A stretch of 64,000 nucleotides of DNA, from assembly GCA_964057225.1 (NCBI GenBank), contig CAXKVF010000079.1, positions 512,030-576,029 on the forward strand, written 5' to 3'. The position numbers and the translations under genes are program-made. The notes below the pieces were generated by a model that did no database searches, was not told where the DNA came from, and saw only the letters and a program-made list of their open reading frames with translations. This document shows, one piece after another, positions 13,531 to 28,500 of the stretch (the stretch's first letter is position 1; every line of letters starts with the position of its first letter). The stretch comes from Auanema rhodensis (Eukaryota; Animalia; Nematoda).

Positions 13531-16500
13531 TGTGCACTTGGTATGTAACTCGCTTCACGTGAAAGATAAAGAGATGCGGTTTTCAAAATTAGATTCTCCA
13601 TGTCCATATTAGTCTAAAAACAAATTTTTATTGATATTGGTTCATGGTAACCATGACTTTGAAATTTACGTGAACTTTAATTTATGCTAATTAAATGTAC
13701 ACGTGATGTGCACTTGGTATGTAACTCGCTTCACGTGAAAGATAAAGAGATTCGGTTTTCAAAATTAGATTCCCCATGTCCATATTAGTGTAAAAACAAA
13801 TTTTTATTGATATTGGTTCATGGTAACCATGACTTTGAAATTTACGTGAACTTTAATTTATGCTAATTAAATGTACACGTGATGTGCACTTGGTATGTAA
13901 CTCGCTTCACGTGAAAGATAAAGAGATGCGGTTTTCAAAATTAGATTCCCCATGTCCATATTAGTCTAAAAACAAATTTTTATTGATATTGGTTCATGGT
14001 AACCATGACTTTGAAATTTACGTGAACTTTAATTTATGCTAATTAAATGTACACGTTATGTGCACTTGGTATGTAACTCGCTTCACGTGAAAGATAAAGA
14101 GATGCGGTTTTCAAAATTAGATTCCTCATGTCCATATTAGTCTAAAAACAAATTTTTATTGATATTGGTTCATGGTAACCATGACTTTGAAATTTACGTG
14201 AACTTTAATTTATGCTAATTAAATATACACGTGATGTGCACTTGGTATGTAACTCGCTTCACGTGAAAGATAAAGAGATGCGGTTTTCAAAATTAGATTC
14301 CCCATGTCCATATTAGTCTAAAAACAAATTTTTATTGATATTGGTGCATGGTAACCATGACTTTGAAATTTACGTGAACTTTAATTTATGCTAATTAAAT
14401 GTACACGTGATGTGCACTTGGTATGTAACTCGCTTCACGTGAAAGATAAAGAGATGCGGTTTTCAAAATTAGATTCCCCATGTCCATATTAGTCTAAAAA
14501 CAAATTTTTATTGATATTGGTTCATGGTAACCATGACTTTGAAATTTACGTGAACTTTAATTTATGCTAATTAAATGTACACGTGATGTGCACTTGGTAT
14601 GTAACTCGCTTCACGTGAAAGATAAAGAGATGCGGTTTTCAAAATTAGATTCCCCATGTCCATATTAGTCTAAAAACAAATTTTTATTGATATTGGTGCA
14701 TGGTAACCATGACTTTGAAATTTACGTGAACTTTAATTTATGCTAATTAAATGTACACGTGATGTGCACTTGGTATGTAACTCGCTTCACGTGAAAGATA
14801 AAGAGATGCGGTTTTCAAAATTAGATTCCCCATGTCCATATTAGTCTAAAAACAAATTTTTATTGATATTGGTGCATGGTAACCATGACTTTGAAATTTA
14901 CGTGAACTTTAATTTATGCTAATTAAATGTACACGTGATGTGCACTTGGTATGTAACTCGCTTCACGTGAAAGATAAAGAGATGCGGTTTTCCAAATTAG
15001 ATTCCCCATGTCCATATTAGTCTAAAAACAAATTTTTATTGATATTGGTGCATGGTAACCATGACTTTGAAATTTACGTGAACTTTAATTTATGCTAATT
15101 AAATGTACACGTGATGTGCACTTGGTATGTAACTCGCTTCACGTGAAAGATAAAGAGATGCGGTTTTCAAAATTAGATTCCCCATGTCCATATTAGTCTA
15201 AAAACAAATTTTTATTGATATTGGTTCATGGTAACCATGACTTTGAAATTTGCGTGAACTTTAATTTATGCTATTTAAATGTACACGTGATGTGCACTTG
15301 GTATGTAACTCGCTTCACGTGAAAGATAAAGAGATGCGGTTTTCAAAATTAGATTCCCCATGTCCATATTAGTCTAAAAACAAATTTTTATTGATATTGG
15401 TGCATGGTAACCATGACTTTGAAATTTACGTGAACTTTAATTTATGCTAATTAAATATACACGTGATGTGCACTTGGTATGTAACTCGCTTCACGTGAAA
15501 GATAAAGAGATGCGGTTTTCAAAATTAGATTCCCCATGTCCATATTAGTCTAAAAACAAATTTTTATTGATATTGGTGCATGGTAACCATGACTTTGAAA
15601 TTTACGTGAACTTTAATTTATGCTAATTAAATGTACACGTGATGTGCACTTGGTATGTAACTCGCTTCACGTGAAAGATAAAGAGATGCGGTTTTCAAAA
15701 TTAGATTCCCCATGTCCATATTAGTCTAAAAACAAATTTTTATTGATATTGGTTCATGGTAACCATGACTTTGAAATTTACGTGAACTTTAATTTATGCT
15801 AATTAAATGTACACGTGATGTGCACTTGGTATGTAACTCGCTTCACGTGAAAGATAAAGAGATGCGGTTTTCAAAATTAGATTCCCCATGTCCATATTAG
15901 TCTAAAAACAAATTTTTATTGATATTGGTTCATGGTAACCATGACTTTGAAATTTACGTGAACTTTAATTTATGCTAATTAAATGTACACGTGATGTGCA
16001 CTTGGTATGTAACTCGCTTCACGTGAAAGATAAAGAGATGCGGTTTTCAAAATTAGATTCCCCATGTCCATATTAGTCTAAAAACAAATTTTTATTGATA
16101 TTGGTTCATGGTAACCATGACTTTGAAATTTACGTGAACTTTAACTTATGCTAATTAAATGTACACGTGATGTGCACTTGGTATGTAACTCGCTTCACGT
16201 GAAAGATAAAGAGATGCGGTTTTCAAAATTAGATTCCCCATGTTCATATTAGTCTAAAAACAAATTTTTATTGATATTGGTTCATGGTAACCATGACTTT
16301 GAAATTTGCGTGAACTTTAATTTATGCTATTTAAATGTACACGTGATGTGCACTTGGTATGTAACTCGCTTCACGTGAAAGATAAAGAGATGCGGTTTTC
16401 AAAATTAGATTCCCCATGTTCATATTAGTCTAAAAACAAATTTTTATTGATATTGGTTCATGGTAACCATGACTTTGAAATTTACGTGAACTTTAATTTA

Positions 16501-19500
16501 TGCTAATTAAATATACACGTGATGTGCACTTGGTATGTAACTCGCTTCACGTGAAAGATAAAGAGATGCGGTTTTCAAAATTAGATTCCCCATGTCCATA
16601 TTAGTCTAAAAACAAATTTTTATTGATATTGGTGCATGGTAACCATGACTTTGAAATTTACGTGAACTTTAATTTATGCTAATTAAATGTACACGTGATG
16701 TGCACTTGGTATGTAACTCGCTTCACGTGAAAGATAAAGAGATGCGGTTTTCAAAATTAGATTCCCCATGTCCATATTAGTCTAAAAACAAATTTTTATT
16801 GATATTGGTTCATGGTAACCATGACTTTGAAATTTACGTGAACTTTAATTTATGCTAATTAAATGTACACGTGATGTGCACTTGGTATGTAACTCGCTTC
16901 ACGTGAAAGATAAAGAGATGCGGTTTTCAAAATTAGATTCCCCATGTCCATATTAGTCTAAAAACAAATTTTTATTGATATTGGTTCATGGTAACCATGA
17001 CTTTGAAATTTACGTGAACTTTAACTTATGCTAATTAAATGTACACGTGATGTGCACTTGGTATGTAACTCGCTTCACGTGAAAGATAAAGAGATGCGGT
17101 TTTCAAAATTAGATTCCCCATGTCCATATTAGTCTAAAAACAAATTTTCATTGATATTGGTGCATGGTAACCATGACTTTGAAATTTACGTGAACTTTAA
17201 TTTATGCTAATTAAATGTACACGTGATGTGCACTTGGTATGTAACTCGCTTCACGTGAAAGATAAAGAGATGCGGTTTTCAAAATTAGATTCCCCATGTC
17301 CATATTAGTCTAAAAATAAATTTTTATTGATATTGGTGCATGGTAACCATGACTTTGAAATTTACGTGAACTTTAATTTATGCTAATTAAATGTACACGT
17401 GATGTGCACTTGGTATGTAACTCGCTTCACGTGAAAGATAAAGAGATGCGGTTTTCAAAATTAGATTCCCCATGTCCATATTAGTCTAAAAACAAATTTT
17501 TATTGATATTGGTGCATGGTAACCATGACTTTGAAATTTACGTGAACTTTAATTTATGCTAATTAAATGTACACGTGATGTGCACTTGGTATGTAACTCG
17601 CTTCACGTGAAAGATAAAGAGATGCGGTTTTCAAAATTAGATTCCCCATGTCCATATTAGTCTAAAAACAAATTTTTATTGATATTGGTGCATGGTAATC
17701 ATGACTTTGAAATTTACGTGAACTTTAATTTATGCTAATTAAATGTACACGTGATGTGCACTTGGTATGTAACTCGCTTCACGTGAAAGATAAAGAGATG
17801 CGGTTTTCAAAATTAGATTCCCCATGTCCATATTAGTCTAAAAACAAATTTTTATTGATATTGGTGCATGGTAACCATGACTTTGAAATTTACGTGAACT
17901 TTAATTTATGCTAATTAAATGTACACGTGATGTGCACTTGGTATGTAACTCGCTTCACGTGAAAGATAAAGAGATGCGGTTTTCAAAATTAGATTCCCCA
18001 TGTCCATATTAGTCTAAAAACAAATTTTTATTGATATTGGTTCATGGTAACCATGACTTTGAAATTTACGTGAACTTTAATTTATGCTAATTAAATGTAC
18101 ACGTGATGTGCACATGGTATGTAACTCGCTTCACGTGAAAGATAAAGAGATGCGGTTTTCAAAATTAGATTCCCCATGTCCATATTAGTCTAAAAACAAA
18201 TTTTTATTGATATTGGTGCATGGTAACCATGACTTTGAAATTTACGTGAACTTTAATTTATGCTAATTAAATGTACACGTGATGTGCACTTGGTATGTAA
18301 CTCGCTTCACGTGAAAGATAAAGAGATGCGGTTTTCAAAATTAGATTCCCCATGTCCATATTAGTCTAAAACAAATTTTTATTGATATTGGTGCATGGTA
18401 ACCATGACTTTGAAATTTACGTGAACTTTAATTTATGCTAATTAAATGTACACGTGATGTGCACTTGGTATGTAACTCGCTTCACGTGAAAGATAAAGAG
18501 ATGCGGTTTTCAAAATTAGATTCCCCATGTCCATATTAGTCTAAAAACAAATTTTTATTGATATTGGTTCATGGTAACCATGACTTTGAAATTTACGTGA
18601 ACTTTAATTTATGCTAATTAAATGTACACGTGATGTGCACTTGGTATGTAACTCGCTTCACGTGAAAGATAAAGAGATGCGGTTTTCAAAATTAGATTCC
18701 CCATGTCCATATTAGTCTAAAAACAAATTTTTATTGATATTGGTTCATGGTAACCATGATTTTGAAATTTACGTGAACTTTAATTTATGCTAATTAAATG
18801 TACACGTGATGTGCACTTGGTATGTAACTCGCTTCACGTGAAAGATAAAGAAATGCGGTTTTCAAAATTAGATTCCCCATGTCCATATTAGTCTAAAAAC
18901 AAATTTTTATTGATATTGGTGCATGGTAACCATGACTTTGAAATTTACGTGAACTTTAATTTATGCTAATTAAATGTACACGTGATGTGCACTTGGTATG
19001 TAACTCGCTTCACGTGAAAGATAAAGAGATGCGGTTTTCAAAATTAGATTCCCCATGTTCATATTAGTCTAAAAACAAATTTTTATTGATATTGGTTCAT
19101 GGTAACCATGACTTTGAAATTTACGTGAACTTTAATTTATGCTAATTAAATGTACACGTGATGTGCACTTGGTATGTAACTCGCTTCACGTGAAAGATAA
19201 AGAGATGCGGTTTTCAAAATTAGATTCCCCATGTCCATATTAGTCTAAAAACAAATTTTTATTGATATTGGTGCATGGTAACCATGACTTTGAAATTTAC
19301 GTGAACTTTAATTTATGCTAATTAAATGTACACGTGATGTGCACTTGGTATGTAACTCGCTTCACGTGAAAGATAAAGAGATGCGGTTTTCAAAATTAGA
19401 TTCCCCATGTTCATATTAGTCTAAAAACAAATTTTTATTGATATTGGTTCATGGTAACCATGACTTTGAAATTTACGTGAACTTTAATTTATGCTATTTA

Positions 19501-19527
19501 AATGTACACGTGATGTGCACTTGGTAT

Positions 19528-22500
19528 GTAACTCGCTTCACGTGAAAGATGAAGAGATGCGGTTTTCAAAATTAGATTCCCCATGTCCATATTAGTCTAA
19601 AAACAAATTTTTATTGATATTAATTCATGATAACCATGATTTTGAAATTTACGTGAACTTTAATTTATGAAATATGAAAACAAATTTTTATTGATATTAA
19701 TTCATGTAACTCGCTTCACGTGAAAGATAAAGAGATGCGGTTTTCAAAATTAGATTCCCCATGTCCATATTAGTCTAAAAACAAATTTTTATTGATATTG
19801 GTGCATGGTAACCATGACTTTGAAATTTACGTGAACTTTAATTTATGCTAATTAAATGTACACGTGATGTGCACTTGGTATGTAACTCGCTTCACGTGAA
19901 AGATAAAGAGATGCGGTTTTCAAAGTTAGATTCCCCATGTTCATATTAGTCTAAAAACAAATTTTTATTGATATTGGTTCATGGTAACCATGACTTTGAA
20001 ATTTACGTGTACTTTAATTTATGCTAATTAAATGTACACGTGATGTGCACTTGGTATGTAACTCGCTTCACGTGAAAGATAAAGAGATGCGGTTTTCAAA
20101 ATTAGATTCCCCATGTTCATATTAGTCTAAAAACAAATTTTTATTGATATTGGTTCATGGTAACCATGACTTTGAAATTTACGTGAACTTTAATTTATTC
20201 TATTTAAATGTACACGTGATGTGCACTTGGTATGTAACTCGCTTCACGTGAAAGATGAAGAGATGCGGTTTTCAAAATTAGATTCCCCATGTCCATATTA
20301 GTCTAAAAACAAATTTTTATTGATATTAATTCATGATAACCATGATTTTGAAATTTACGTGAACTTTAATTTATGAAATATGAAAACAAATTTTTATTGA
20401 TATTAATTCATGTAACTCGCTTCACGTGAAAGATAAAGAGATGCGGTTTTCAAAATTAGATTCCCCATGTCCATATTAGTCTAAAAACAAATTTTTATTG
20501 ATATTGGTGCATGGTAACCATGACTTTGAAATTTACGTGAACTTTAATTTATGCTAATTAAATGTACACGTGATGTGCACTTGGTATGTAACTCGCTTCA
20601 CGTGAAAGATAAAGAGATGCGGTTTTCAAAATTAGATTCCCCATGTTCATATTAGTCTAAAAACAAATTTTTATTGATATTGGTTCATGGTAACCATGAC
20701 TTTGAAATTTACGTGAACTTTAATTTATGCTAATTAAATGTACACGTGATGTGCACTTGGTATGTAACTCGCTTCACGTGAAAGATAAAGAGATGCGGTT
20801 TTCAAAATTAGATTCCCCATGTTCATATTAGTCTAAAAACAAATTTTTATTGATATTGGTGCATGGTAACCATGACTTTGAAATTTACGTGAACTTTAAT
20901 TTATGCTAATTAAATGTACACGTGATGTGCACTTGGTATGTAACTCGCTTCACGTGAAAGATAAAGAGATGCGGTTTTCAAAATTAGATTCCCCATGTTC
21001 ATATTAGTCTAAAAACAAATTTTTATTGATATTGGTTCATGGTAACCATGACTTTGAAATTTACGTGAACTTTAATTTATGCTAATTAAATGTACACGTG
21101 ATGTGCACTTGGTATGTAACTCGCTTCACGTGAAAGATAAAGAGATGCGGTTTTCAAAATTAGATTCCCCATGTCCATATTAGTCTAAAAACAAATTTTT
21201 ATTGATATTGGTGCATGGTAACCATGACTTTGAAATTTACGTGAACTTTAATTTATGCTAATTAAATGTACACGTGATGTGCACTTGGTATGTAACTCGC
21301 TTCACGTGAAAGATAAAGAGATGCGGTTTTCAAAATTAGATTCCCCATGTTCATATTAGTCTAAAAACAAATTTTTATTGATATTGGTTCATGGTAACCA
21401 TGACTTTGAAATTTACGTGAACTTTAATTTATGCTATTTAAATGTACACGTGATGTGCACTTGGTATGTAACTCGCTTCACGTGAAAGATGAAGAGATGC
21501 GGTTTTCAAAATTAGATTCCCCATGTCCATATTAGTCTAAAAACAAATTTTTATTGATATTAATTCATGATAACCATGATTTTGAAATTTACGTGAACTT
21601 TAATTTATGAAATATGAAAACAAATTTTTATTGATATTAATTCATGTAACTCGCTTCACGTGAAAGATAAAGAGATGCGGTTTTCAAAATTAGATTCCCC
21701 ATGTCCATATTAGTCTAAAAACAAATTTTTATTGATATTGGTGCATGGTAACCATGACTTTGAAATTTACGTGAACTTTAATTTATGCTAATTAAATGTA
21801 CACGTGATGTGCACTTGGTATGTAACTCGCTTCACGTGAAAGATAAAGAGATGCGGTTTTCAAAGTTAGATTCCCCATGTTCATATTAGTCTAAAAACAA
21901 ATTTTTATTGATATTGGTTCATGGTAACCATGACTTTGAAATTTACGTGTACTTTAATTTATGCTAATTAAATGTACACGTGATGTGCACTTGGTATGTA
22001 ACTCGCTTCACGTGAAAGATAAAGAGATGCGGTTTTCAAAATTAGATTCCCCATGTTCATATTAGTCTAAAAACAAATTTTTATTGATATTGGTTCATGG
22101 TAACCATGACTTTGAAATTTACGTGAACTTTAATTTATTCTATTTAAATGTACACGTGATGTGCACTTGGTATGTAACTCGCTTCACGTGAAAGATGAAG
22201 AGATGCGGTTTTCAAAATTAGATTCCCCATGTCCATATTAGTCTAAAAACAAATTTTTATTGATATTAATTCATGATAACCATGATTTTGAAATTTACGT
22301 GAACTTTAATTTATGAAATATGAAAACAAATTTTTATTGATATTAATTCATGTAACTCGCTTCACGTGAAAGATAAAGAGATGCGGTTTTCAAAATTAGA
22401 TTCCCCATGTCCATATTAGTCTAAAAACAAATTTTTATTGATATTGGTGCATGGTAACCATGACTTTGAAATTTACGTGAACTTTAATTTATGCTAATTA

Positions 22501-25500
22501 AATGTACACGTGATGTGCACTTGGTATGTAACTCGCTTCACGTGAAAGATAAAGAGATGCGGTTTTCAAAATTAGATTCCCCATGTTCATATTAGTCTAA
22601 AAACAAATTTTTATTGATATTGGTTCATGGTAACCATGACTTTGAAATTTACGTGAACTTTAATTTATGCTAATTAAATGTACACGTGATGTGCACTTGG
22701 TATGTAACTCGCTTCACGTGAAAGATAAAGAGATGCGGTTTTCAAAATTAGATTCCCCATGTTCATATTAGTCTAAAAACAAATTTTTATTGATATTGGT
22801 TCATGGTAACCATGACTTTGAAATTTACGTGAACTTTAATTTATGCTAATTAAATGTACACGTGATGTGCACTTGGTATGTAACTCGCTTCACGTGAAAG
22901 ATAAAGAGATGCGGTTTTCAAAATTAGATTCCCCATGTCCATATTAGTCTAAAAACAAATTTTTATTGATATTGGTGCATGGTAACCATGACTTTGAAAT
23001 TTACGTGAACTTTAATTTATGCTAATTAAATGTACACGTGATGTGCACTTGGTATGTAACTCGCTTCACGTGAAAGATAAAGAGATGCGGTTTTCAAAAT
23101 TAGATTCCCCATGTTCATATTAGTCTAAAAACAAATTTTTATTGATATTGGTTCATGGTAACCATGACTTTGAAATTTACGTGAACTTTAATTTATGCTA
23201 ATTAAATGTACACGTGATGTGCACTTGGTATGTAACTCGCTTCACGTGAAAGATAAAGAGATGCGGTTTTCAAAATTAGATTCCCCATGTTCATATTAGT
23301 CTAAAAACAAATTTTTATTGATATTGGTTCATGGTAACCATGACTTTGAAATTTACGTGAACTTTAATTTATGCTAATTAAATGTACACGTGATGTGCAC
23401 TTGGTATGTAACTCGCTGCACGTGAAAGATAAAGAGATGCGGTTTTCAAAATTAGATTCCCCATGTCCATATTAGTCTAAAAACAAATTTTTATTGATAT
23501 TAATTCATGATAACCATGATTTTGAAATTTACGTGAACTTTAATTTATGAAATATGAAAACAAATTTTTATTGATATTAATTCATGTAACTCGCTTCACG
23601 TGAAAGATAAAGAGATGCGGTTTTCAAAATTAGATTCCCCATGTCCATATTAGTCTAAAAACAAATTTTTATTGATATTGGTGCATGGTAACCATGACTT
23701 TGAAATTTACGTGAACTTTAATTTATGCTAATTAAATGTACACGTGATGTGCACTTGGTATGTAACTCGCTTCACGTGAAAGATAAAGAGATGCGGTTTT
23801 CAAAATTAGATTCCCCATGTTCATATTAGTCTAAAAACAAATTTTTATTGATATTGGTTCATGGTAACCATGACTTTGAAATTTACGTGAACTTTAATTT
23901 ATGCTAATTAAATGTACACGTGATGTGCACTTGGTATGTAACTCGCTTCAAGTGAAAGATAAAGAGATGCGGTTTTCAAAATTAGATTCCCCATGTTCAT
24001 ATTAGTCTAAAAACAAATTTTTATTGATATTGGTTCATGGTAACCATGACTTTGAAATTTATGTGAACTTTAATTTATGCTATTTAAATGTACACGTGAT
24101 GTGCACTTGGTATGTAACTCGCTTCACGTGAAAGATGAAGAGATGCGGTTTTCAAAATTAGATTCCCCATGTCCATATTAGTCTAAAAACAAATTTTTAT
24201 TGATATTAATTCATGATAACCATGATTTTGAAATTTACGTGAACTTTAATTTATGAAATATGAAAACAAATTTTTATTGATATTAATTCATGTAACTCGC
24301 TTCACGTGAAAGATAAAGAGATGCGGTTTTCAAAATTAGATTCCCCATGTCCATATTAGTCTAAAAACAAATTTTTATTGATATTGGTGCATGGTAACCA
24401 TGACTTTGAAATTTACGTGAACTTTAATTTATGCTAATTAAATGTACACGTGATGTGCACTTGGTATGTAACTCGCTTCACGTGAAAGATAAAGAGATGC
24501 GGTTTTCAAAATTAGATTCCCCATGTTCATATTAGTCTAAAAACAAATTTTTATTGATATTGGTTCATGGTAACCATGACTTTGAAATTTACGTGAACTT
24601 TAATTTATGCTAATTAAATGTACACGTGATGTGCACTTGGTATGTAACTCGCTTCACGTGAAAGATAAAGAGATGCGGTTTTCAAAATTAGATTCCCCAT
24701 GTTCATATTAGTCTAAAAACAAATTTTTATTGATATTGGTTCATGGTAACCATGACTTTGAAATTTACGTGAACTTTAATTTATGCTAATTAAATGTACA
24801 CGTGATGTGCACTTGGTATGTAACTCGCTTCACGTGAAAGATAAAGAGATGCGGTTTTCAAAATTAGATTCCCCATGTCCATATTAGTCTAAAAACAAAT
24901 TTTTATTGATATTGGTGCATGGTAACCATGACTTTGAAATTTACGTGAACTTTAATTTATGCTAATTAAATGTACACGTGATGTGCACTTGGTATGTAAC
25001 TCGCTTCACGTGAAAGATAAAGAGATGCGGTTTTCAAAATTAGATTCCCCATGTTCATATTAGTCTAAAAACAAATTTTTATTGATATTGGTTCATGGTA
25101 ACCATGACTTTGAAATTTACGTGAACTTTAATTTATGCTAATTAAATGTACACGTGATGTGCACTTGGTATGTAACTCGCTTCACGTGAAAGATAAAGAG
25201 ATGCGGTTTTCAAAATTAGATTCCCCATGTCCATATTAGTCTAAAAACAAATTTTTATTGATATTGGTGCATGGTAACCATGACTTTGAAATTTACGTGA
25301 ACTTTAATTTATGCTAATTAAATGTACACGTGATGTGCACTTGGTATGTAACTCGCTTCACGTGAAAGATAAAGAGATGCGGTTTTCAAAATTAGATTCC
25401 CCATGTCCATATTAGTCTAAAAACAAATTTTTATTGATATTGGTGCATGGTAACCATGACTTTGAAATTTACGTGAACTTTAATTTATGCTAATTAAATG

Positions 25501-28500
25501 TACACGTGATGTGCACTTGGTATGTAACTCGCTTCACGTGAAAGATAAAGAGATGCGGTTTTCAAAATTAGATTCCCCATGTTCATATTAGTCTAAAAAC
25601 AAATTTTTATTGATATTGGTTCATGGTAACCATGACTTTGAAATTTACGTGAACTTTAATTTATGCTAATTAAATGTACACGTGATGTGCACTTGGTATG
25701 TAACTCGCTTCACGTGAAAGATAAAGAGATGCGGTTTTCAAAATTAGATTCCCCATGTTCATATTAGTCTAAAAACAAATTTTTATTGATATTGGTTCAT
25801 GGTAACCATGACTTTGAAATTTACGTGAACTTTAATTTATGCTAATTAAATGTACACGTGATGTGCACTTGGTATGTAACTCGCTGCACGTGAAAGATAA
25901 AGAGATGCGGTTTTCAAAATTAGATTCCCCATGTCCATATTAGTCTAAAAACAAATTTTTATTGATATTAATTCATGATAACCATGATTTTGAAATTTAC
26001 GTGAACTTTAATTTATGAAATATGAAAACAAATTTTTATTGATATTAATTCATGTAACTCGCTTCACGTGAAAGATAAAGAGATGCGGTTTTCAAAATTA
26101 GATTCCCCATGTCCATATTAGTCTAAAAACAAATTTTTATTGATATTGGTGCATGGTAACCATGACTTTGAAATTTACGTGAACTTTAATTTATGCTAAT
26201 TAAATGTACACGTGATGTGCACTTGGTATGTAACTCGCTTCACGTGAAAGATAAAGAGATGCGGTTTTCAAAATTAGATTCCCCATGTTCATATTAGTCT
26301 AAAAACAAATTTTTATTGATATTGGTTCATGGTAACCATGACTTTGAAATTTACGTGAACTTTAATTTATGCTAATTAAATGTACACGTGATGTGCACTT
26401 GGTATGTAACTCGCTTCAAGTGAAAGATAAAGAGATGCGGTTTTCAAAATTAGATTCCCCATGTTCATATTAGTCTAAAAACAAATTTTTATTGATATTG
26501 GTTCATGGTAACCATGACTTTGAAATTTACGTGAACTTTAATTTATGCTATTTAAATGTACACGTGATGTGCACTTGGTATGTAACTCGCTTCACGTGAA
26601 AGATGAAGAGATGCGGTTTTCAAAATTAGATTCCCCATGTCCATATTAGTCTAAAAACAAATTTTTATTGATATTAATTCATGATAACCATGATTTTGAA
26701 ATTTACGTGAACTTTAATTTATGAAATATGAAAACAAATTTTTATTGATATTAATTCATGTAACTCGCTTCACGTGAAAGATAAAGAGATGCGGTTTTCA
26801 AAATTAGATTCCCCATGTCCATATTAGTCTAAAAACAAATTTTTATTGATATTGGTGCATGGTAACCATGACTTTGAAATTTACGTGAACTTTAATTTAT
26901 GCTAATTAAATGTACACGTGATGTGCACTTGGTATGTAACTCGCTTCACGTGAAAGATAAAGAGATGCGGTTTTCAAAATTAGATTCCCCATGTTCATAT
27001 TAGTCTAAAAACAAATTTTTATTGATATTGGTTCATGGTAACCATGACTTTGAAATTTACGTGAACTTTAATTTATGCTAATTAAATGTACACGTGATGT
27101 GCACTTGGTATGTAACTCGCTTCACGTGAAAGATAAAGAGATGCGGTTTTCAAAATTAGATTCCCCATGTTCATATTAGTCTAAAAACAAATTTTTATTG
27201 ATATTGGTTCATGGTAACCATGACTTTGAAATTTACGTGAACTTTAATTTATGCTAATTAAATGTACACGTGATGTGCACTTGGTATGTAACTCGCTGCA
27301 CGTGAAAGATAAAGAGATGCGGTTTTCAAAATTAGATTCCCCATGTCCATATTAGTCTAAAAACAAATTTTTATTGATATTAATTCATGATAACCATGAT
27401 TTTGAAATTTACGTGAACTTTAATTTATGAAATATGAAAACAAATTTTTATTGATATTAATTCATGTAACTCGCTTCACGTGAAAGATAAAGAGATGCGG
27501 TTTTCAAAATTAGATTCCCCATGTCCATATTAGTCTAAAAACAAATTTTTATTGATATTGGTGCATGGTAACCATGACTTTGAAATTTACGTGAACTTTA
27601 ATTTATGCTAATTAAATGTACACGTGATGTGCACTTGGTATGTAACTCGCTTCACGTGAAAGATAAAGAGATGCGGTTTTCAAAATTAGATTCCCCATGT
27701 TCATATTAGTCTAAAAACAAATTTTTATTGATATTGGTTCATGGTAACCATGACTTTGAAATTTACGTGAACTTTAATTTATGCTAATTAAATGTACACG
27801 TGATGTGCACTTGGTATGTAACTCGCTTCAAGTGAAAGATAAAGAGATGCGGTTTTCAAAATTAGATTCCCCATGTTCATATTAGTCTAAAAACAAATTT
27901 TTATTGATATTGGTTCATGGTAACCATGACTTTGAAATTTACGTGAACTTTAATTTATGCTATTTAAATGTACACGTGATGTGCACTTGGTATGTAACTC
28001 GCTTCACGTGAAAGATGAAGAGATGCGGTTTTCAAAATTAGATTCCCCATGTCCATATTAGTCTAAAAACAAATTTTTATTGATATTAATTCATGATAAC
28101 CATGATTTTGAAATTTACGTGAACTTTAATTTATGAAATATGAAAACAAATTTTTATTGATATTAATTCATGTAACTCGCTTCACGTGAAAGATAAAGAG
28201 ATGCGGTTTTCAAAATTAGATTCCCCATGTCCATATTAGTCTAAAAACAAATTTTTATTGATATTGGTGCATGGTAACCATGACTTTGAAATTTACGTGA
28301 ACTTTAATTTATGCTAATTAAATGTACACGTGATGTGCACTTGGTATGTAACTCGCTTCACGTGAAAGATAAAGAGATGCGGTTTTCAAAATTAGATTCC
28401 CCATGTTCATATTAGTCTAAAAACAAATTTTTATTGATATTGGTTCATGGTAACCATGACTTTGAAATTTACGTGAACTTTAATTTATGCTAATTAAATG

